NCBI RefSeq assembly: GCF_000172995.2 | Contig: NC_014736.1 | Span: 90,001-122,000 of the forward strand | DNA length: 32,000 nt | From: Halogeometricum borinquense DSM 11551 | GTDB lineage: Archaea; Halobacteriota; Halobacteria; Halobacteriales; Haloferacaceae | Direction: 5' to 3' | Shown: one piece after another, positions 7,751 through 14,845 of the stretch | Position numbering within the stretch: the stretch's first letter is position 1 | Layout of the letters: the number at the start of each line of letters is the position of its first letter | The notes under the pieces: generated by a model | What the model was told of the DNA's origin: nothing | What the model saw: only the letters and a program-made list of their open reading frames with translations | Databases searched by the model: none | Made by a program: the position numbers and the translations under genes

Positions 7751-9931
7751 TCAGCGTCGATTCCGCCGTCGGCCGTCAGGTTCCTGTGCTGGTTCGACGA
7801 GCGCCTCGTCGTATGGCTCGAACTCCGATTTCCGGACGACGCGACCGGCATCCCGGTAATCTCGTTCGAGTACGCGAACAGCGTGTTTCATCTGGATCGA
7901 CTCGTCGCCACAACTGGCGGCCTCGACGGCGATTCGTTTGGCCAACGAGGCGATTTCGCCCCCGCTGAAGTCGAACTGTGCGAGCCACTCGGCGTCGATA
8001 CCGTCTGTCGGAGTCTCGTCGGGGAACGCGGCCTCCCAAATTGCCTCTCGCGTCTCTTCTTGAGGGTTCTCGAACCGAACTGTGTGGTTGATACGTCGCG
8101 TGAACGCTTCGTCAATATTGGACGCGTAGTTCGTCGTCAGGAGGATGACGCCGTCATAGGTTTCGATGCGCTGGAGGAGGTAGTTCACTTCCGCGTTGGC
8201 GTATCGGTCCGTTGCGTCCGACACCTCAGCACGGTCACCGAACACCGAATCCGCTTCGTCGAACAGAAGAATCGCGTTCGACTGCTCGGCCGCTTGGAAG
8301 ATCTGTTCGAGGTTCTCCTCGGTCTCTCCGATGTACTTACTCACCACACTCGACAAGTCGATCTTGTAGATGTGCATGCCCACCTCGTTGGCGAGCGCCT
8401 CGGCGGCCATCGTCTTCCCAGTCCCGGGCTTCCCCTTGAATAGGGCGACCACGCCAGCGTTCTTCTCCTTGTCACGGAAGCCCCAGTCATCGTAGATTCG
8501 GCCTCGATTCGAGATGTGTGCCTGAAGCTGATCGAGTTTCTTATCAGTCCGCTCCCGGAGCATGACCTCCTCACGAGCGATGGTCGGTGTGATCTGCTGT
8601 GCGAGATCGGCTAACTGACTGGAAGACTGGGCTCGGCATCCTTTCCGAACGTGTTCGACGGTCAGTTCGTCGCCGCCCGCAAGCGTGTTTGCGGCCGCCA
8701 GCGCGGACTCCATCTGCCCCAAGGTCAGATCGAACGTGCTGGCCATGCGTTCCGGATCAAGGTCGTCGGGGAGGTCGTCGGCGTGCGCCTGCCAGAACTG
8801 CCGCCGCAGCGGGATGGTCGGCCGGTCGAATCCGACGAGTGCATCGACTGGTTGCTGACTGGTTCCAGCAGGCGTCCAAGACGATTCGCCGAGCAGGAAC
8901 ACGTCGCTCACCACGGGATCGAACCGGTCGATGACGGCCGACAGCGACCGATCCCCGTCCGCACTCGCGCTCGTTGCCTCGTCTGCACCAGTGACCACGA
9001 CCGGTCGTGCTTGGAGGGCGGCCTCCCGGACGACCATATCGAGGATACCGGCCTCGAGCACCGCAGGGAGATCAACTTGTAAGTACGCCTCTTCCTCACA
9101 AAGGGCTTCAGCGGCACGCTGCGGGCCGCTCCCTCGGGGACCATGGAAGTACAGGCGACGTCCCGACTCTTCGCTATCGCGGAGCGATGCGAGTGTCGAA
9201 TACGTGCCGTCCTCGATGAGTAAGTCATCGAGTGTGGCGTCGGCGGTCGTCTCGGTGAGGAATGCATCGACTGCGTCGGCACTTTGAACACTGGACGGTG
9301 TTCTCAGCCCGGGATCAACTGTGCCGTGACCAAGTAAAAATGCGTAGATGCGGTCATCGACTCGGATCGAATAATCGAGTTTCGAGCCAGTCTGTCTGGT
9401 CCCCTCGGGAGGGTCAAGGACGAGCAGGCTGTACTCATGCAACGGTGAACCCTGTCCGAACAGTTCAGTTGCAGTCAGAAACTCGTCGGGCGTCGTCGAG
9501 AAGAGGTCGGCGACGAGACGGACCGTCGGTCGCTGTTTGCTCGCATCGTTTTGCAGTTCGCTAAATAGTTCAGTACCGGCGGGATCAACGTCAGGAAAGA
9601 GTGCGAGTAACAGGGCATCGAGATGCTGTCTGGTGAGATCGAACGCGTCAGCGAGGGTTTGGAGACGCAGATCGACACCCGCTTCGGTAGCGGCCCGCCG
9701 CTTCTTCTCTATTCGTGTCCGATATCGTTCGAGGTCATCTCGTGCATGTTCGGGGACGACCAACTGAGTTGCCGATGGCGAAGCGTGCGACTCATTCGAT
9801 TGTAGTCGTTCGACCAACCCGAGTTGCGAGCGCGGAAGTTCCGCGTGACGATCACCGAGGAATTCGCGCAGGAGGTAATCGAGACACCCGAGTTCGTCCA
9901 GCAGATGATCTATCGTTCCCTCGTAACTCAT
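7751..9931 (-). CDS. CIS-associated AAA+ ATPase (Afp15/Cis15-like)
   Basis: 726 aa. It has Walker A GKPGTGKTMAAEALA, Walker B ILLFDEADSVFG, sensor/arginine-finger region VILLTTNYASNIDEAFTRR, and a long non-ATPase N-terminal domain. It lies directly upstream of the cap gene on the same strand. Confidence 0.95.
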   Translation of the reverse strand: MSYEGTIDHLLDELGCLDYLLREFLGDRHAELPRSQLGLVERLQSNESHASPSATQLVVPEHARDDLERYRTRIEKKRRAATEAGVDLRLQTLADAFDLTRQHLDALLLALFPDVDPAGTELFSELQNDASKQRPTVRLVADLFSTTPDEFLTATELFGQGSPLHEYSLLVLDPPEGTRQTGSKLDYSIRVDDRIYAFLLGHGTVDPGLRTPSSVQSADAVDAFLTETTADATLDDLLIEDGTYSTLASLRDSEESGRRLYFHGPRGSGPQRAAEALCEEEAYLQVDLPAVLEAGILDMVVREAALQARPVVVTGADEATSASADGDRSLSAVIDRFDPVVSDVFLLGESSWTPAGTSQQPVDALVGFDRPTIPLRRQFWQAHADDLPDDLDPERMASTFDLTLGQMESALAAANTLAGGDELTVEHVRKGCRAQSSSQLADLAQQITPTIAREEVMLRERTDKKLDQLQAHISNRGRIYDDWGFRDKEKNAGVVALFKGKPGTGKTMAAEALANEVGMHIYKIDLSSVVSKYIGETEENLEQIFQAAEQSNAILLFDEADSVFGDRAEVSDATDRYANAEVNYLLQRIETYDGVILLTTNYASNIDEAFTRRINHTVRFENPQEETREAIWEAAFPDETPTDGIDAEWLAQFDFSGGEIASLAKRIAVEAASCGDESIQMKHAVRVLERDYRDAGRVVRKSEFEPYDEALVEPAQEPDGRRRNRR

Positions 9932-10015
9932 TGTCTAAAGTCGAGGTGTCGCAGTAATAATAGTTCTGCGAGATATATTTTGTATATTCAGTTTAGGAAC
10001 AAACAGTTATATAGG
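9932..10015. promoter_or_regulatory. Divergent AT-rich promoter region between the AAA+ ATPase gene and the DUF4157 effector gene
   Basis: 84-nt AT-rich spacer. TATATT at 9983-9988 lies about 28-33 nt upstream of the ATG at 10016. On the other strand, TATTATT (9963-9957) lies about 26-32 nt upstream of the ATG at 9931. Both fit leaderless haloarchaeal promoter geometry. Confidence 0.4.
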
Positions 10016-11344
10016 ATGGCTATCAAGTTTGCAGTAAGAATGAGATTTCGGTCTGCGAACGAGCGGACGACTCCGAGCAAAGAGTCCTCGTCCGTTCCGT
10101 CTATTCAAGAGCTGACGGGAGGCTCGAATCGAAATCAGAGTCGTGGTGGTGGTTCGCTAACACCCCAAGAGTGTGAATCTCGCTTCGGGGTAGAGATCTA
10201 CATGGACGGGCTGGATACGAAGATTCAGCGACTAGCCAAGAAACACGGCGCAGATCAAGTTCGGCAGTGGGCCGACGAAGGCATGACCGTCGATACGATG
10301 GGCAAGCCACGCGACATGCGCGCGTTCCGCCAGCGCCAGAAAGAACGGCCCGCGGAAGTCCCGAAAGACATCGAACGCCGGAACGCTAAATCCGTCCAAC
10401 GCAGTCGCGGCGCGCATCACGAAGCAAGCAAGGCTGGTGACGCGAACGTGCCCGACTCAGTGCGAGACGTGATTTCCTCGCCCGGCCAGCAACTCGACAC
10501 GAGCATCCAGCGCGCGATGGAAGATCGGATGGGCGACAATCTGGGCGATGTACGCGTCCACACGGGTCCATCGGCCGCGAAAGCGTGTGAAGACATCAAC
10601 GCCCGCGCGTTTACCGTCGGCAATCACATCGCGTTCAACCACGGCGAATACGATCCGAGTTCGGCGGAAGGCCAGCATATTCTCGCCCACGAGTTAGCGC
10701 ACGTGCGCCAACAAACCGGTGGCGCGGTGTCGATGCTCCCCCAAGAGGGTTCGTTAGAAATTGATCCTGACCCACGCTTAGAGCGGGAAGCCGAAGAAAC
10801 CGCCCAGCGCGTGATGCAAGGCGGAAAGATTGGCGTGCATCGCATGGAGCACTCCGACGTGCACGTTCAGCGGACGCCCGCAGAGGTAAGCGTCGAGAAC
10901 AACTACGCAGGAATTCGAGAACTCAAAGAGGAAGTTTCGGAGCTCAAGGAAAAGGTGAATTCGGGATGGTCGGAGAAAGTGGCAGGTGGCATGGCAGCCG
11001 TGGGATCGAGTGCCGCAGTCGCTGGGACTCGGGCCGCTCTCGAATCAGACCTCGCTCAAACCATTGAGGGGGGTGAAACGCTATCGAAGATGATCCCCCA
11101 CGCTGGTGAAATAATGGCTCACCATCCCGAAGTGACGGCTGCGGTTGGACTGACCGCAGTCGCAAGCGGAGGCCTCTACGGGGCGCAGCAGGCTGTCGAT
11201 GGCTCCGGAATATTTGACCGCATCGGCGATGGCGTTAAGAGTGCCTTCGGCCACGTGAAGAGCAAATTCAGTCGCAAAGACGAATCCGAGCGTGAGGAAG
11301 AAGAAAGAGAGGAGGACAGTGGTTGGTTCTCAGGACTAAACTAA
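10016..11344 (+). CDS. Full-length DUF4157-domain (HExxH, zincin-like) CIS effector candidate with a coiled-coil plus Gly/Ala-rich hydrophobic C-terminal module
   Basis: DUF4157 signature: LDTSIQRAMEDRMGDNLGDVRVHTGPSAAKACEDINARAFTVGNHIAFNHGEYDPSSAEGQHILAHELAHVRQQ. The track ORF starts at 9824 but overlaps the ATPase gene, so I chose the first ATG after the promoter (10016). The ATG at 10202 is an alternative, because third-position GC rises only after about 10200. Confidence 0.85.
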   Translation: MAIKFAVRMRFRSANERTTPSKESSSVPSIQELTGGSNRNQSRGGGSLTPQECESRFGVEIYMDGLDTKIQRLAKKHGADQVRQWADEGMTVDTMGKPRDMRAFRQRQKERPAEVPKDIERRNAKSVQRSRGAHHEASKAGDANVPDSVRDVISSPGQQLDTSIQRAMEDRMGDNLGDVRVHTGPSAAKACEDINARAFTVGNHIAFNHGEYDPSSAEGQHILAHELAHVRQQTGGAVSMLPQEGSLEIDPDPRLEREAEETAQRVMQGGKIGVHRMEHSDVHVQRTPAEVSVENNYAGIRELKEEVSELKEKVNSGWSEKVAGGMAAVGSSAAVAGTRAALESDLAQTIEGGETLSKMIPHAGEIMAHHPEVTAAVGLTAVASGGLYGAQQAVDGSGIFDRIGDGVKSAFGHVKSKFSRKDESEREEEEREEDSGWFSGLN

Positions 11345-11351
11345 ATTATCA

Positions 11352-12287
11352 ATGAATGGAAATATAATCGGCGAAGACGAAAAAGGGGTGGCACTGTTCG
11401 TGGAGGATAATAGTGGCAACGAGCATGAAATCGGAGTAAACTCTGAAGGAGATATATTCCACCATGCAGATAATGTTATCCCAGACAACCCCTCTGAACG
11501 AAGTGATAAGGAAGATGAAACCTTCTCGCAAGTCCGCCGGTTCGCCCGCTATCACGTCTACCGCGAGAAAGGATACGATACCATCCCCACAGACGAGAAT
11601 CCAGACCGAATCGCTGCGGTCTTGCTGGCCATTATAGACCTCGACGACGAGGAGTTCGAGAACCGCTTCAAACCACTGTACAAGCAGGTCATGAGCCATG
11701 AGCGTCCGGACGTGGAGCCGTCACTGGACCTTCCAGATTCGGTCTACCACGGAGGAGAACCCTGCTACAAGCAGAATATCTACCTCGAAGAGAGCTTGGA
11801 GGAAATGAAAAGTACAGTGAGCGAACAACTGGTCGAGAGTATCGGCCAAGAGCAGATTACGGAAGTACTCCAAGCGGATAGCGGTGATTTCTTCTCAAGA
11901 GCAGCGTCGTTGTTCGGCGGCCCGAACGGCAACTACGGGGGCCTCACTATCGACGGAATCTCCGGAATCGACACGGTACATCTCGTGGACGGGAAGGAAC
12001 AGACCATCAAGAGTGATGACCCCTTCGAGCGCGGGCCTGACGCTCGTCTGGAGTTATACCCCTCGAATTTCGACTTTGAGGCCTTCCGGTTCTACATCGG
12101 ATACAACCTCATCTGCCAAATCAGAGATTGCTTCATCGGCATGGGTGTCGAACCACCAGCACAGTATCGGGTTCTCGGCCCCGGTAAGGACAAGTACACC
12201 GGCAAATACCACGCGTTCGACTTCTATCCCGAATACCACAATCCCGGGGCGACCATTCCGGGCTACATCCGTCCAGCCCCGATATAA
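11352..12287 (+). CDS. Effector-linked partner protein 1 (uncharacterised family; candidate immunity, chaperone or adaptor)
   Basis: 311 aa. It starts 7 nt after the effector stop. It is a paralogue of 13216-14178 and 639-1637, sharing RFARYHVYREKGYDT, NPDRIAAVLLA, YKQN.YLEESL and ICQIRDCFIGMGVEPPAQYR.LG.GK.KY..KY..FDFYP.Y. Confidence 0.85.
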   Translation: MNGNIIGEDEKGVALFVEDNSGNEHEIGVNSEGDIFHHADNVIPDNPSERSDKEDETFSQVRRFARYHVYREKGYDTIPTDENPDRIAAVLLAIIDLDDEEFENRFKPLYKQVMSHERPDVEPSLDLPDSVYHGGEPCYKQNIYLEESLEEMKSTVSEQLVESIGQEQITEVLQADSGDFFSRAASLFGGPNGNYGGLTIDGISGIDTVHLVDGKEQTIKSDDPFERGPDARLELYPSNFDFEAFRFYIGYNLICQIRDCFIGMGVEPPAQYRVLGPGKDKYTGKYHAFDFYPEYHNPGATIPGYIRPAPI

Positions 12288-12372
12288 CTTGAACTCTCCC
12301 CTCAGTTACATCGGATACTCTTGAACACGAAACGATGAAGCAACGTCGCAGAGATGATTAGGAGGGCATCTA

Positions 12373-13212
12373 TTGACCCACGAACTCGCACACGTCCGCC
12401 AACAAACTGGTGGCGCGGTGTCGATGCTTCCCCAAGAGGGTTCGTTAGAAATCGATCCCGATCCGCGCTTAGAACGGGAAGCCGAAGAAACCGCTCAGCA
12501 GGTCATGTCGGACGGACCGGTCGTGCTTAGTCGGATGGGAATGGACGTTCACATCCAGCGGGCGGCAAGCGGATATCACGGAACTCGGCGGGCTACCAAA
12601 GAGGACTGGCAGACGCCCGGGACGAGCGAGTCAGCACACGAAACGCTGTCGGCCGACGAACTCTCAAAGCGAGTTGCCGAACTCGAACAGCAGGTTCAGG
12701 CCAACGAAAAACGCGCTAAGCAGAACAACGAAGGCCTATCCAACGTTCAAGAGGAGCTCAATACGAAAATTGAGGAGAACACGAAAACGCTGGAGAACCA
12801 TGCCGAACAGCTTGGCACTACCAACGAGAAACTGAGCGATCTCAAAAGCGAGGTAGACAGTGGGATCGGAGAGACAGTAGCGGGAGTCATCGGTGGAGGT
12901 ATCGGCACTGGGATAACAGCCCTAGGTCGGGCAGCGACAACCGACACTATACAACAAGGAATCGAAAACGGGAATGCTGTCCTTGACACGCTGGGACCGA
13001 TTGGTGACGCGATGGCCGCGCATCCGGAAATGGCAGCCACTGCGAGTGCAGCCACTATGATGGCATTCACTGTCAGCGCGGCAGGCATTGGTTCCAAAAA
13101 ACTATTCGAGCAAATCAAAGAGCGCTTCTTCGGAGACAAAACCGACGAAGACGAACGGCGCGAGGAAGATCAGACAGACGAAGAAGATGACAGTGTTCTT
13201 GGTATTTTCTAA
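12373..13212 (+). CDS. 5'-truncated orphan DUF4157 effector module that begins at the HExxH motif and carries a diverged C-terminal module
   Basis: The frame opens after the stop at 12355-12357. The only start is TTG at 12373, preceded by GGAGG (12361-12365). The product begins (M)THELAHVRQQTGGAVSMLPQEGSLEIDPDPRLEREAEETAQ, identical in protein to residues of the full-length copy. It then diverges into a coiled coil, GGGIGTGITALG, AAHPEMAA and an acidic tail. Confidence 0.7.
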   Translation: MTHELAHVRQQTGGAVSMLPQEGSLEIDPDPRLEREAEETAQQVMSDGPVVLSRMGMDVHIQRAASGYHGTRRATKEDWQTPGTSESAHETLSADELSKRVAELEQQVQANEKRAKQNNEGLSNVQEELNTKIEENTKTLENHAEQLGTTNEKLSDLKSEVDSGIGETVAGVIGGGIGTGITALGRAATTDTIQQGIENGNAVLDTLGPIGDAMAAHPEMAATASAATMMAFTVSAAGIGSKKLFEQIKERFFGDKTDEDERREEDQTDEEDDSVLGIF

Positions 13213-13215
13213 GAT

Positions 13216-14178
13216 ATGAAAGGAGAGATTGAGGGAATTACAGATGATGGTATCGGCGTGAGAGTTATTGATAAAAATGGTTTCGAGCATAAAATCGAGA
13301 TGCTCTTTGATGGAGAGATAGTTTATCATCATCAGAAGGGCTATCCAGATAACCCGAAGGAGCGCACAAACGAAGAGGACGAAAGCGTTGCCCAAGCCCG
13401 CCGGTTCGCCCGCTATCACGTCTACCGCGAGAAAGGATACGACACGGTTCCAAACCCGGACAACCCCGACCGGATTGCGGCAGTCTTGCTAGCCCTTATC
13501 GGACTGGACGATCAGCAGTTCGACCAGTACTTCGGGATGCTGTACGAGCAGATGGCGAGTCACGAGCGAGCGGACGTGGCTCCCGTATTGGACCTCCCGC
13601 AGGAGGTGTATTCTGAAGAATTCATCGTCTACAAACAGAACGTCTACCTCGAAGAGAGTCTCGACGCTATGCAGGACCAACTCACACAACCGGCAACCGA
13701 GGTTTTCGGGGAGGAGAACCTTCAGGAATTCCTCCAAGAGACCGGGGACGGTCTAGTGGCAAAGGCTCGCTCGTTGGTCGGCGGAGGGACAGACGAGGAT
13801 GAAGATGCGTCCGAGGAACCATCCATCCCCGAAGCAGATCTGTCAATCGCGGACGTGTCGGGACTCGACACGATGTACAGTACGCCAGAGGGATACAAGA
13901 CCATCGAGGGCGAGGACCCGGTCAGTCGTGAGCCAGACGCTCGCATCGAGACGCTCCCGATGGGATACACTCGTGAGCAGTTCCGGTACCACGTGGGTCA
14001 CAATCTGATCTGCCAGATTCGGGATTGCTTCATCAGTATGGGTGTCGAACCGCCAGCCCAGTATCGGCTCTTAGGCCACGGGAAATTCAAGTACTCCGCG
14101 AAGTACCGCGACTTCGACTTTTACCCCGACTACTGGGACTACGAGGCCAACATCCCTGGATACAGCTCCCCAGTATAA
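13216..14178 (+). CDS. Effector-linked partner protein 2 (paralogue of 11352-12287)
   Basis: 320 aa. It starts 3 nt after the orphan effector stop. It has the same motif set as partner 1; the middle region is more acidic and divergent. Confidence 0.85.
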   Translation: MKGEIEGITDDGIGVRVIDKNGFEHKIEMLFDGEIVYHHQKGYPDNPKERTNEEDESVAQARRFARYHVYREKGYDTVPNPDNPDRIAAVLLALIGLDDQQFDQYFGMLYEQMASHERADVAPVLDLPQEVYSEEFIVYKQNVYLEESLDAMQDQLTQPATEVFGEENLQEFLQETGDGLVAKARSLVGGGTDEDEDASEEPSIPEADLSIADVSGLDTMYSTPEGYKTIEGEDPVSREPDARIETLPMGYTREQFRYHVGHNLICQIRDCFISMGVEPPAQYRLLGHGKFKYSAKYRDFDFYPDYWDYEANIPGYSSPV

Positions 14179-14320
14179 CCTTCAAGAAGGTCAGTCCGTT
14201 TTCTACAGCGAACTCCCAGGTAGAACCAATATGCGTCGAGAGCGCAACAACACATCCCAGCCGACGACAACGAGAGTGATTCTGCTGGTACCTATAAAAC
14301 CGAATCAAAATCCCTGGATT

Positions 14321-14798
14321 CGCGAGTTAGCGCACGTGCGCCAGCAAACGGGTAGTGAGGTGTCGATGCCTCCTCAAGATGAGTTGGTGATTGGGCCGAC
14401 CAACGCTTAGAGTGCGGACTGAAGAAGCCGCCCGGCAAGATACCACGGAACTCAACGGGCTACCAAAGAAGACTGGCAGACGCCCGGAGAGTGAAGCGAC
14501 ACGCGAAACGCTGTCGGGTGACGAACTCCCAAAGCGGGTTGTCGAACTCGAACAGGTGCAAGGCAACGAAAAACGCGCCAAACAGAACAACAAAGGGCTG
14601 TCCAACGTCCAACAGGACCTCTGTTCAGCGACGCTGGGGCTGCGACTGATGATGAAGCTGATGCGCAGCGTGAGCGAAATCAGACCGATGGTGCATCGAC
14701 TACCTTCTGGTGATTTCGATGGAAGCAACCACTGTCAGAAGACGAAGTCGATGCAAGTGTCAAGATCACTTTGGACGAGTGAAATGTCTCGACAGTAA
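14321..14798 (+). pseudogene. Eroded third cassette: DUF4157-junction/effector remnant with stops, frameshifts and an internal deletion, plus a stub of a partner-gene 5' end
   Basis: 14323 onward reads ELAHVRQQTGSEVSMPPQDELVIGPTNA*. Shifted frames then give YHGTQRATKEDWQTPGE* and ESEATRETLSGDELPKRVVELEQVQGNEKRAKQNNKGLSNVQQDL, matching 12570-12750 of the orphan copy. An acidic tail-like FSDAGAATDDEADAQRERNQTDGASTTFW* follows (stop at 14711-14713). Five nt later there is an ATG (14719), and a shifted frame reads SEDEVDASVKITLDE, resembling the partner N-termini GEDEKGVALFVEDN. Confidence 0.7.
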
Positions 14799-14814
14799 TT
14801 ACAAGTAGCTCTCA

Positions 14815-14845
14815 TTTTTTAGATTGAGAATCAGACCGGATTCTC
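14815..14845 (+). terminator. T6 run followed by a 7-bp-stem hairpin (GAGAATC-N6-GATTCTC) at the end of the effector array
   Basis: TTTTTT at 14815-14820. Arms at 14826-14832 and 14839-14845 are exact complements. Oligo-T tracts are the usual archaeal termination signal. Confidence 0.3.

Noticed and set aside
7676-8443. 255-aa plus-strand ORF inside the AAA+ ATPase gene
   Set aside because: It is an antisense shadow. The minus-strand frame carries Walker A and B motifs.
9824-10015. Upstream extension of the DUF4157 ORF to the track start at 9824
   Set aside because: It would overlap the ATPase gene by 108 nt and run through the AT-rich divergent promoter. The first ATG downstream of the TATA-like box (10016) is more plausible.
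12747-13139. 130-aa minus-strand ORF inside the orphan effector module
   Set aside because: It is antisense to a frame whose product parallels the architecture of the full-length effector C-terminus. The product is low-complexity.
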